A stretch of DNA of 63,460 bases, counting the filler, from Octopus bimaculoides (lineage: Eukaryota), in the NCBI RefSeq assembly GCF_001194135.2. It is 7 parts of 7 records of this genome, joined end to end, with 100 filler letters (N's around TTAATTAATTAA, not from the genome) between each part and the next. Parts side by side here need not be neighbours in the genome. Positions count along the whole stretch, not along the records: positions 26,052 to 54,641 come from NC_068991.1; positions 54,742 to 56,712 come from NC_068986.1; positions 56,813 to 60,676 come from NC_068990.1; positions 60,777 to 63,460 come from NC_068984.1; 3 more parts are not named here. One strand, given 5' to 3'. The notes below the pieces were generated by a model, which was given only the letters and a program-made list of their open reading frames with translations, did not search any database and had not been told where the DNA came from. Below, piece by piece: positions 52,093 to 63,460 of the stretch. The position numbers were made by a program, and so were the translations under genes. Positions within the stretch are counted from its first letter, which is position 1, and each line of letters begins with the position of its first letter.

Positions 52093-53202
52093 ATTATCAA
52101 AGTATGGACATAATAACTATTTTATACTAAATAAAGAACTCACGAAAACTTTCCAAAAGGAACAGAACATAAATATCCTTCCAATGAATGAGATACCAGA
52201 AATTGAAGAAATTCGCAGTGGTTCAGAGAAACAAGAGAGCAGAAAAGTATTGGTTATGAAAAAGGCCCTAACTTTATTCCCTCTTGTGTGCGAGAGATTT
52301 CTAAGGGATGAAAAATGGATTGAATTGCTGAGAGCAGTGAATGCTAGTTTAGCTGTTATTAATGGATTATTTGTGACAAACTGTCTTACAATAATTGCTT
52401 ATGAATTGTCAATTCCGTTTGTTCTGACAGGATCTGAGATACTTCCTAATCTTCATCGTATACCATGGAACCCCAGTGTTTTTCCAAACAGCTTCCTCTC
52501 ATCCTTCGATAAAATGACATATTCAGAAAAGTTAATAAGTACTTTGGTTGCTATTGTAGACTACACTATTCCTCCTCCTGTAGCGCCTACACACAGTGTC
52601 AAAACGTATGCAAAAGACAAACCTGATATTTCATTCATAGATTTGCTACATCAGGCACAATTTTATCTTATTGAAAAAGATGTACTTCTAGATTATCCGC
52701 TGCCCCAACTTCCAAATGTAAGATATGTTGGTGGCCTGGCAGCAAAACATTCATTGCCTTTGAAGGGAGAGTTAATAAAATTCGTAAATGCTTCTACGAA
52801 TGGAATAGTTGTGGTGTCATTTGGCAGTAATGTCAATGATTTCCCTGCTGTTCAGCTAGAAAAACTACAGAGCGCATTGAAACAAATAAAATATGATGTT
52901 GTGTGGAGACAGAAGAAAACATCATTTTCTCATAAGAATATTTATATCAGTGATTGGGTACCACAAAATGATCTGCTTGGCCATCCTAGAACTAAATTAT
53001 TTGTTACTCATTGTGGAAATAGCGGTCAGTTTGAAGCTTTGTTCCATGGTGTGCCAATGCTGGGAATACCTTTATTTACAGACCAATTTTATAACTCTCG
53101 CAGAATGACCGAGAAAGGATACGGATTGTCACTAGATATAGAGAACTTTACTCCGGAGGAATTAATAGAGAAAATAAAAGAACTGATTGAAAATAAAACA
53201 TA
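52093..53202 (+). CDS. UGT: UDP-glycosyltransferase, subtype B, partial (both ends in gaps)
   Basis: Open frame from LSKYGHNNYF through the UGT signature (WVPQNDLLGHPRTKLF...TDQFYN) to ELIENKT, closely similar to 41930-43447. After the gap, sequence resumes in a 3' flank homologous to 43495 onward. Confidence 0.9.
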
Positions 53203-54272
53203 NNNNNNNNNNNNNNNNNNNNNNNNNNNNNNNNNNNNNNNNNNNNNNNNNNNNNNNNNNNNNNNNNNNNNNNNNNNNNNNNNNNNNNNNNNNNNNNNNN
53301 NNNNNNNNNNNNNNNNNNNNNNNNNNNNNNNNNNNNNNNNNNNNNNNNNNNNNNNNNNNNNNNNNNNNNNNNNNNNNNNNNNNNNNNNNNNNNNNNNNNN
53401 NNNNNNNNNNNNNNNNNNNNNNNNNNNNNNNNNNNNNNNNNNTTTTGGTCTATGTAAATGAAGGTTAAAAACATTTAATTTAAAAAAAATCAATTGAAAT
53501 TTGGAAATTTTCTGTAGATATATTTATGTGGTGTAGATTTTAAAGATTTACGTCATATAGTTTATTGTATTTTCTTTTTGCTTGAAACATTTTATAGAAT
53601 CTCCGTATTAAACATAATCACCTTCACTGAAAACAACACGTGTTAAAGTACAGGGCCATTATTTTTCTTATAATCAAAAGATGTTTAATCTGTTCTGTTT
53701 ATCAAAATTTCTAATAAATTGCTTATTCATTTTGTAATAAATATATTCATTTTAAGCCCTTACTAGCTGTTATATTTTATTGTACACTATTTCCGTCTCC
53801 TTCCACTCTGTTTTCCTCGATGAAATTGTTAAGATATTCTTCAACTTGTTATGCCATTTTCGTATAGAGAAGAATCCGCTTATATCAATTACTAAGTAAA
53901 TGTTTAAATGCTTTGTTGCAGTTTAAATTTTGATAGGCGTGACGCTTTTTGAACAGAACTCTTTGTAGTTTTCGTTGGTGTGTTAAAGTTAATCCACAGA
54001 CATAGTGTGTCATAGTATCGCGTGGGCAGACAGTCATAAAAGCTAAGTTGTTTATGTTTATCAGAGGACAACTTTCATGTGTAAAAGTAACCTCAACGGT
54101 GAGCACTGTCTTTTTTACGTTTCGTTTGGTCGACTTAATATAGCCGGTCGGTAAAAGTGACCTATGGAATAAGTACCTTACTTTAAAAATAGTAAGTCCT
54201 GTGGTCCATTCGTTCGATTAAATACTCCTCAAGGCAGTGCCACAGCATGACCGCAGTCTGATAACTGAAACA

Positions 54273-54641
54273 AGCATGACCTTTAATAGTCACGTAAACC
54301 CAATGATTTCTATAGCAAACGAATTATCAAAGTGAGAACAAATGGAATAACTATTTTATACTAAATAATAAAAACTCACTAAAACTTTCCAAAATGAACA
54401 AAACATAAATATCCTTCCAATGGACGAGATCACACAATTTAGTAAAACCTTTTCTGACGCACAGCAGAAAATAATATCAAAACGAATATATGTGATAAGA
54501 AGCGTGTTCGCCTTGGTTCCTCTGATATGTGTTAGAATTCTGAAGGATGAGAAATGGATGGAATCACTGCGAGAAATTAATGCTAGTTTAGCTGTTATTT
54601 CCGACAAATTTTCTTACAATAATTGCCCGTCAATTGTCAAT
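54273..54641 (+). pseudogene. UGT subtype A pseudogene, 5' fragment (runs into gap)
   Basis: Homologous to 35478-35833. It lacks the splice acceptor, ATG and signal peptide, carries the same +2 frameshift as 44077-45118, and has a small deletion over the VINGLF codons. Confidence 0.85.
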
Positions 54642-54761
54642 NNNNNNNNNNNNNNNNNNNNNNNNNNNNNNNNNNNNNNNNNNNNTTAATTAATTAANNN
54701 NNNNNNNNNNNNNNNNNNNNNNNNNNNNNNNNNNNNNNNNNTATATAAGGAAAGACAACAT

Positions 54762-55030
54762 TGTGTAATGAGAAGTCGTTCAAAGGCCAATGTGGTTGGC
54801 AATTACCGCTAGTCTTAACCTTTTTATGGAAAGTGATAAGAGGTATCCTCGCAGGGAAAATATATACGTTCCTTGCGGAAATCAATCTGCTCTCTGTTGA
54901 ACAAAAAGAATGCCAAAAAGGAGCCTAGGCCACCAAGGGCCACCTTGTGATAGACAAGGTTGTAATGAAATCCAAAAGATTGTGCTGAGATATACTGCCC
55001 ACATCCTTAGAAAAACCCTGTGTCTGTGTT
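54762..55030 (+). mobile_element. R4-clade LINE remnants (internally deleted)
   Basis: EQKECQKGA*ATKGHLVIDK (RT motif) joined to EIQKIVLRYTAHILRKTL (C-terminus). Confidence 0.6.
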
Positions 55031-55949
55031 CTATTAAAGATATTTCACTGCTGTCCCTGCCACACCCCCTCTTCATGCTTTCAATCATACTGTAACATTA
55101 CTTATTCTTCACGCACCCTACGATGCTCTGCATCTCGGTAAGTGATTGTAACAAACTTTCAGATTAAAAGTAAATAAGAATAAAAATAAGAAATGATAAC
55201 AACATTGCCTATTATAACACATATGCACATATTTGTTTCTCGCTTATACATTAATAAATATAATGTTTATACAACTCTCGTATGAACAGGTGAACAAAAG
55301 AAACATCGAATGCACTGCATTCAAATGAATTTAAATAAACGATGCAATAAGTTTCTTTTCAAACAGTCAAAACTAATCATTTGTGCTCGTTAATAAAGCA
55401 ATGAAGAATAGAGAAACAGCTGTGAATTTCGTTTCGTGAGCCTCGAGCAATCGTGATTAGAAAGAAGTCTCGGCACACGTGAGAAGCGGTGTTTAGTTAG
55501 AAATTTAAATCTGAACAGATGGATCCATCTCTGAATGTCAGTGACCAAACAAAAAGCAAAGCCAAAGGAGACCGACGGACAGCTAACGATGACATTGAAG
55601 TGTGATATGTATTTTACGATGCAACACTGTACCAAAAGAAAAACAAAATGGAAATAAAAGAAACAAAGGAGATATAGAGGAAGAGTGATAAAGATGCAAT
55701 GAAAAACAAAATACACTTGCAAACGATATGTCTTACGATAAGTGAATGTTCCTAAAGCCGAAACAAACAACCTCCACAACATGTACTCTACATGTCGGAT
55801 ACCCAACAGAAGAACACCACTCGCATTACACGCATAACACAATAAAAATCACTGATACAACAAAATCCAAACACCATAACAAAACATAATGAAGCAATAC
55901 CGTTTTTCTTGTACACATCCAACAACAACAACAACAACAACAACAACAG

Positions 55950-55990
<41 letters not shown>

Positions 55991-56420
55991 ACAAAAAGCA
56001 CACAACGCTGCCCACACCTCTGCAACATGGAGGTGGAGCAATCGATGCAGTAGAAACCTGAAACTATTACTCATCGATTGATAATAATAGTGATGATAAC
56101 AGTAATAACAATAATAGTGATAGTAATGATAATAATGCTGATAATAGAAATAATAATGCTAATGATGCTGCTAATAATAATGGTAGTAATGGTGCTGGTA
56201 GTGATGATAATAATAATAATGATAATAATAATGATTTGTTTATTAACTATCTGGGTTGACATTACGAAAAACACTGTGGACAGTACAGAACAAAACAAAG
56301 AATGTGTGTGTGTGTGTATGTGTGTGAGTGTGTGGTGTGAGGGTTTTGCGTGTAAACAAAGACTAACATATTTAAAAGAAAGAAAGAAAACAACAATGTG
56401 TGATCCTCAATAGGGAGGAG

Positions 56421-56712
56421 ACACTGGAGGGCTGATAATAGTAATGATCATGAGAAAGGAAACACTCGAGGGCTGATAATAGTAATGACCATGAGAAAGG
56501 AAACACTCGAGGGCTGATAATAGTAATGATCATGAGAAAGGAAACACTCGAGGGCTGATAATAGTAATGATCATGAGAAAGGCAACACTCGAGGGATGAT
56601 AATAGTAATGATTATGAGAAAGGAAACACTGGAGGGCTGATAATAGTAATGATCATGAGAAAGGAAACACTGGAGGGCTGATAATAGTAATGATCATGAG
56701 AAAGGAAACACT
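56421..56712. repeat. 41-bp minisatellite, at least 7 copies, running into a gap
   Basis: acact(c/g)gagggctgataatagtaatgatcatgagaaaggaa head-to-tail with no spacers. Confidence 0.95.
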
Positions 56713-56811
56713 NNNNNNNNNNNNNNNNNNNNNNNNNNNNNNNNNNNNNNNNNNNNTTAATTAATTAANNNNNNNNNNNNNNNNNNNNNNNNNNNNNNNN
56801 NNNNNNNNNNN

Positions 56812-57152
56812 NGCCCAGTGTCGCCTTTCTTGCACTTGTGTCCGCGGCATGTGTAAGGACTTTCGAGCGAGATCGTTGCCAGTGCCCCTGGACTGGCCCT
56901 TGTGCGGGTGGCACATAAAATACACCATTTTGAGTGCGGCTGTTGCCAGTACCGCCTGACTGGCCTTCGTGCTGGTGGCACCTAAAAGCACCCTACACTC
57001 TCTGAGTGGTTGGCGTTAGGAAGGGCATCCAGCTGTAGAAACTCTGCCAAATCAGATTGAAGCCTGGTGTAGCCATCTGGTTTCACCCTTCCTCAGTCAA
57101 ATTGTCCAACCCATGCTAGCATGGAAAGCGGACGTTAAACGATGATGATGAT
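56812..57152 (+). mobile_element. SINE/short retroposon family 3 (other copies ~9388-9640 -, 60441-60676 -)
   Basis: Shared body ...gttggcgttaggaagggcatccagc... ending gcatggaaagcggacgttaaacgatgatgatga. Confidence 0.75.
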
Positions 57153-57614
57153 ATATATATATTAAAAGAAATAGAGAAATACAATTGACTTACTAAAAAA
57201 TTATTTACATTATAATATAATATATTATGAAAAGATATAATATAACAAATGACTAAAACAAATATAAAGCCAACAATTTGTTTCAACTCATATCCACTTG
57301 TGAATTTATAAAAATTTACATTTGTGCATATAAGTCTCATCAGGGCATTTGTTCAAAACACAGACAAAAATTCTATGCATGTACTGCTAAATCTCAAATT
57401 AGACCGATTCAAAATATACATATGTTTAGAAGCGTGAGCATTAATAATTCAAACATATAATAAATGCAATAAAAAAAATTAAAAAAATTGGAATGGATAA
57501 AATAATTTAGTAAAGAAAATTTAGTAAGGTCATAAAATTTTGTTATGGATCTACACTGATATTAATCGGAAAACATTTTAATCAAAAATAATCACGGGTC
57601 ATTTTTATTATATA

Positions 57615-58745
57615 TCTATATCTTACATATTAAAATTGAAAATATCTGTGTGTGTGTGAGTGTGTGGAGCGGTATGTCCTTATTTTGTGCCAAAATGGCT
57701 TGACCGATTTTTCTTAAACTTCACATGCACATTGCTTATGAGTCTGGGGAGGTTTTCAGTATAAATTGATTTCGAAAAAATTTTCGGATAAACAGCGGGA
57801 GGAATAACATTTGGCCGCAAATGAACGGCAGGAGTAATTATTTTTAAACTTCCAAAGGAAATAACCCATTTGTTTTCAGTATGCTTATTTCTTAGTATTT
57901 GAACTATTTTAGTTATTTTCTCAATTTATCCAGTACAAAGCTTAAGGAAGTAAATAGTATTCTCCTAAACAATAGATCCACTTATTTTGGTTAGTGACTT
58001 GTTTATGAATATACCAACACTAGCACTGCTGAGGGTAATATTCTCTGGGAATGCACAAAAGCCCTTTTCAGAGTTATTAATTTTGAATTGTTATTATCTC
58101 ATATCTAATTAGCCTGTTATTGCGTAACATGTTTCACGATTTTAGTATACATACCTTATTAGTATTTCCTCCTAAAATCTATATACTCTGGGAACATATT
58201 AAAGCCCTTTTCGGGGCAACTTTATTTGAATTCTTACTATAGGGTAATTAATTTCATGTTATTACATAACTGACTTCACAATTTGGGTATTCATAACTTA
58301 TTGGGAATTCCTAAAAACAAGATTCTTTGTAAGACAGTTCAGTATTTTCAGTAAATATACAAAAACCATTTTAAGGGCTACATACTTTGCATTGTTGTTA
58401 CTGGATTAGCGAAACAATTATGAGAATGGAACCAAGAGACAAGCCTGCTTTCCTGGGAACTGACTGGGAGAACAATGCCTGTCATCGCCACAGATGGAGG
58501 AAGCAGGTTAAGGAGGGGGTTGACACTTTTGAGAGTGCACATATCCAGCATGAAGAACTTAAGTGTGCTGCGCGAAAGAGCATGGCTGGTGTAGTGAATG
58601 GGGAAAGCTTGGTCTGCAATGTTTGCAGTCGTTTATGCTTGTCAAGAGCAGGGCTCATTAGCCACCAACGGAGCCGCAAGTGCAAAATATAAGTTAGTCC
58701 TAGAGCGCACAGTGTTCCTGAAGGTCAGCAATGGTCTTCCTCAGT

Positions 58746-58803
<58 letters not shown>

Positions 58804-59109
58804 CATATGTGTGTAGAAAGAAGACTGTCATATATATGTGTATATTTGTGTGTGTATGTCTGTTTATACCCTCACCATTGCTTGACAACCGATGTTACTG
58901 TGTTTACGTTCCCTTAAATTATCGATTTGGCAAAAGACACTGATAGAATAGGCTTACAAACAATAAATCACGTGGTCGATTTGTTTGGCTAAAGGCAGTG
59001 CTCCAGCATGGCTGCAGTCACATGGCTGCAGTCACATGACTGAAACAAGTAAAACAATAAAAAAAACTATGCCATTTTAATCCCAAGTAAGGCTGGGTAT
59101 ATCTGCTAG
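57615..59109 (+). mobile_element. Non-autonomous Helitron-like element with nested RTE and SINE insertions
   Basis: 5' A|TC start followed by aaaattgaaaatatctgtgtgtg, and a 3' GC-rich remnant ending CTAG|T at 59106-59110. Confidence 0.55.
58450..58740 (+). mobile_element. RTE (BovB-like) LINE 3' end
   Basis: WENNACHRHRWRKQVKEG...FE...CNVCSRLCLSRAGLISHQR, the C-terminal zinc-finger-like motif of RTEs. Confidence 0.75.
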
Positions 59110-59857
59110 TCTGTATAATATGTAATATATTAAAAATTTATGGTGGAGCAGGAAATATATTTTATTTAAAATTAATATATATTATCATGAAAAAAGATAA
59201 ATAAATAAGGATATGTTTAATTCAGACACTAAATTCCACAATTCATTCACTCAAAAATTACTACCAAATATGCCGATGTTAAATAAATGTATAAAGTTAC
59301 ATACCATTTTTACATAATATTATATAAATAGATAGAGTATCAGAATTTTACTTTGTATTACAGAAAGAAATAAAATAAAGTAATCCAATATTTTTATTCT
59401 ATAAATTTATGTGTGTGTACAAGTTCTAAAGAACATAATATGACTATATTAATGAACGTAACAATACTGGGCTTAGTAAATTAATCTGGTATCTAAAGGA
59501 TCATAATAAACAATTTAATTTGGAATGGAATATTCTCTCTGTATCTTTTCCATATGATAACGGTAAATCTTTTTGTCAACTTTGTAACAGTGAGATGTAC
59601 TTTATCCTGTTCTCAGAGAATCCCCTTGTAAGCACGTTTATAGAAAGCTTTTATCATTGCAAACATTGGCAGAAATATATCTTTAGTTCCTACAAGTGAT
59701 TTCTACCATTCTATAAAATTCGACCTTTGACTGTCTTTTTACATTTCACTTTCACTAAATATATCTACTTCTATGCCTGTAAGCTTTATTCTAATTCACC
59801 TATCTCCCCACTAATAGTTTTCTGCTAAATATATGTGTATGAGGGTATGTGTGTTTA

Positions 59858-60030
59858 TCTATCTATATATGTATAAAACTGAGAATTTGTGTGTGTGTGT
59901 GTGTGTGTGTGTCTGTATGTGTGCATCACTAAAACTCGAGAACTATCCAATGGATTACATTCAAATTTTACACGCGCCTTTCTTAGGGTCTATGCTGTGT
60001 CATGGGCCCAAACATTTTCAACTTCTTGCC
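59858..60030 (+). mobile_element. Helitron-like 5' fragment
   Basis: tctatctatatatgtataaaactgagaatttgtgtgtg..., with the same 5' architecture as 57615. Confidence 0.4.
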
Positions 60031-61295
60031 TAATGTGAGCCTGGAGCAATCTCATACTTGTTACACTGTTTCCATATTACGTGTTTTATTCAGAACATAT
60101 GTTGGAAGTAAAAAGATTTGAATAACACCTGCATTTAACTCCATTTATTTATTTAGCTATATTAATCAAAAACATTTCACCTAGACCTGATACACATGCA
60201 TTCACATACATATATATACATGCACATATAAATACATATACATGCATACACACACATATATATATATATATACACAGACTCATATATATACACAGACTCA
60301 CACACATATACATGCACATAATCCATCCACAAAATACAAAATCATATTCATATATATAGACACATATACAGATATACACCATCAGATATAAATAAAAGAT
60401 ATATACCTATACATATATATACATACATATAGACAGATATCATCATCATCATCATCATCATCGTTTAACGTCCGCTTTCCATGCTAACATGGGTTGGACG
60501 ATTTGACTGAGGACTGGTGAAACCGGATGGCAACACCAGGCTCCAGTCTGATTTGGCAGAGTTTCTAGAGCTGGATGCCCTTCCTAACGCCAACCACTCA
60601 GAGAGTGTAGTGGGTGCTTTTATGTGTCACCCGCACGAAAACGGCCACGCTCGAAATGGTGTCTTTTATGTGCCACNNNNNNNNNNNNNNNNNNNNNNNN
60701 NNNNNNNNNNNNNNNNNNNNTTAATTAATTAANNNNNNNNNNNNNNNNNNNNNNNNNNNNNNNNNNNNNNNNNNNNCCCCAAAAGCTCTACTTTGTAATT
60801 TGTCCATTTTCTGTATTTAGCCCTGTGTGGCTATAATAAAAAGATATCTATCTATCTATCTATCTATCTATATTTATAATATGGTCTGAAACACTGAGCT
60901 ACAAATACATATAAACAGCTAACTATGGATATACCAATTAGCCAGCGATGGGCCTTAATGTGGTCTACTCAATCTGCTAGAAATAGCAGAGAAATCGTCC
61001 TCTAATTACATCTTAGTAAAGACACGTTCGCTAATGTAGTCCAAGGTTCATTGTACATAGAAAAGTTGACCGGTTGACACGGCTGGAATGTCTTTGATTA
61101 TACGTCTACTCGATTAGGATTAACCTGGGATTAAATAATATCCTCATATACATACGCATTCAGGCATGCGATTTCAAACATTCAACATTATACTTAGATA
61201 GTAAACGCTCTTATATATTCACACACTCAAACACATACACAAGCACACACACACACGCTCTCTCTCTCTCGCTCTCTCACACACACACACACACG

Positions 61296-61337
<42 letters not shown>

Positions 61338-62437
61338 GAATCAGACACAAATAAAGGGGCCTATACATATATATACAGATGAGACAGATACACACACACG
61401 ATCAAACACATGAACAAACACACGCACACAGACACACCATGCGAATACATACACACGCACATATATACGCACCCGCACACACACACACGCATACGCACAC
61501 ATATACCCAAGCACCCATGAAGAGACATATACATACATACATCAGGCATATAGATACACACACACACATTCAAACATTATATAGATATACACGAGCGCGC
61601 GCGCGGCGACAAACAAAGACAAACGCATGCAAATTTAAGCATTGGTGATGCCCTAAACTCCCTCAACCTACGAGATCCCCTATCAGAAGGTTTCACAAAA
61701 ATTGAATAGGGATATGAATATATATCTTTTATTACTTTGAATTCTCCTGCATACTGTGAGATCCGAAGCTTTAAACTTGTTTAGCATTTATGCCTACGTT
61801 CAACAACTGCAGCCAGACGACACGTTGGTGTGTAGAATAGCCAAGTCAGGCTCCCCTGGTAGGTAATTAATGTGGAAATATAACTGTAATAATCCTTTAA
61901 GTATTATTACTCAACTCACTGAATGCAGAAAGCTATTTTCAACCGAGCTGTGTGTGTTAGACAACACACACACATGCACACACAGGCGCATACACACGAT
62001 TACCCACTGCTTAACAGCATAAAGAGAGAATTGGCAGTTTCTGAAATTTGGTAATTTTTATTTTTATATCGTGACGGACCGTCGGGTAAATATTATGGCT
62101 GACACACTCTCTATCTCTAATCGGCTCTGTTCAGACAGACACAAACACGCACACGTGCGCATACACATACACACACACACACATGTATGTGCACCATACA
62201 TAAATGGCCACACGAACACACATGTAGACACATTTCGGTACACACGAACTGACACTCGCACACAGAGACACACGTGTATATATATATATATATATATATA
62301 TNNNNNNNNNNNNNNNNNNNNNNNNNNNNNNNNNNNNNNNNNNNNNNNNNNNNNNNNNNNNNNNNNNNNNNNNNNNNNNNNNNNNNNNNNNNNNNNNNNN
62401 NNNNNNNNNNNNNNNNNNNNNNNNNNNNNNNNNNNNN

Positions 62438-62479
<42 letters not shown>

Positions 62480-62868
62480 CACATACACATTACACACGCA
62501 CAAATGTCCACAGAAACACACGCAGACAAACACATTTCAGTACACACGAACCGACGTACATACACGAACACACATACTGCAGGCAGACATTAACAGGCAC
62601 ACGTAGAAAGAGTGAGAGTGGGAGAGAACGTGTCACACACGTATGCACACACTCGCTAATGCATACACTTACACACATGCAGACCCATACACACACGCAC
62701 ACACAGAATTACATACATATACACAGACACAAACGGGCATATTCCTAGACAAATCCCCTACACTCCCTTTTCTCGCTACAATATAACATGTGGAAAACTA
62801 TGCAATAATGTTATCAAACATACCACATTTGAAGTAGCTCCTCCTACCTTCCGTTCTCTATACAAACA

Positions 62869-62973
<105 letters not shown>

Positions 62974-63460
62974 GCATGTTATACACAAACATGATATATA
63001 TAAGTGTGTGTGTATTCTTTTATTGTTTAACTTGTTCCAGTCATTTGACTGCAGCCATGCTCAAAGGGTTTTAAAGTCGAAGAAATCGACTCCAGGACTT
63101 GTTCTTTGTAAGCCTAGTACTTATTCTATCGCTCACTTTTGCCAAACCGCTATGTTACGGAGACGTAAACGCTGACACCGGTTGTCAAGCGATGGTGATG
63201 AGAAAAACAAAGATGAGAAAAACAAAGACACACTTTCGCGAAGTGTTGGATATACTGGCTTCTCTATGTATAGCTAAAGTGGCCAATGAATATACCCTAT
63301 ACTCTTTTACTCTTTTACTTGTTTCAGTCTTTTGACTGTGGCCATGCTGGAGCACCGCCTTTAGTCGAGCAAACTGACCCCGCTCATCGCCTCCAGTACT
63401 TATCTTAAATCTGGTATATCTATCGGTCTCTTCTACCAAATTGCTAAGTTACGGGGACGT

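Noticed and set aside
35388-53202. Vertebrate UGT1A-style variable first exons spliced to shared constant exons
   Set aside because: Each locus contains both N- and C-terminal domains in one uninterrupted reading frame.
55390-55842. 150-aa hydrophobic minus-strand ORF
   Set aside because: No recognisable motif or splice support; explained by the T-rich strand lacking stops.
56421-56712. 41-bp repeats as a CRISPR array
   Set aside because: Head-to-tail with no spacers, no cas genes, and eukaryotic context.

Overview
This is AT-rich, microsatellite-dense animal genomic DNA from a gapped draft assembly. The SINE families resemble those of octopus; this is recalled similarity, not a search result. 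No host gene is recognisable in the first ~33 kb, which is a TE graveyard: hAT, a Gypsy-like LTR with tRNA-Trp primer-binding sites, Penelope-like elements, Tx1/L1, a near full-length decayed R4/Dong-clade LINE, a CR1-like LINE and many SINEs. From 35.4 to 54.6 kb lies a tandem cluster of five intronless-CDS UDP-glycosyltransferase (UGT, GT1 family) loci on the + strand, alternating between two subtypes in the order A, B, psiA, B, psiA. One copy is complete (41930-43447, 505 aa), two are apparently intact but gap-interrupted, and two are pseudogenes sharing a frameshift. The most notable points are: (1) Asn in place of the catalytic Asp in every copy where the codon is present; (2) Glu at the Arg site linked to UDP-glucuronate selectivity; (3) a hypervariable acceptor-binding island within otherwise homogenised genes; (4) 5'-UTR splice architecture compatible with a shared non-coding first exon; (5) a conserved perfect IRF-element upstream; (6) a ~210-nt hairpin downstream of subtype A; (7) an LTR followed by tandemly amplified tRNA-Trp PBS motifs. 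Most ORF-track entries are microsatellite or N-run artefacts. All alignments were done by eye.
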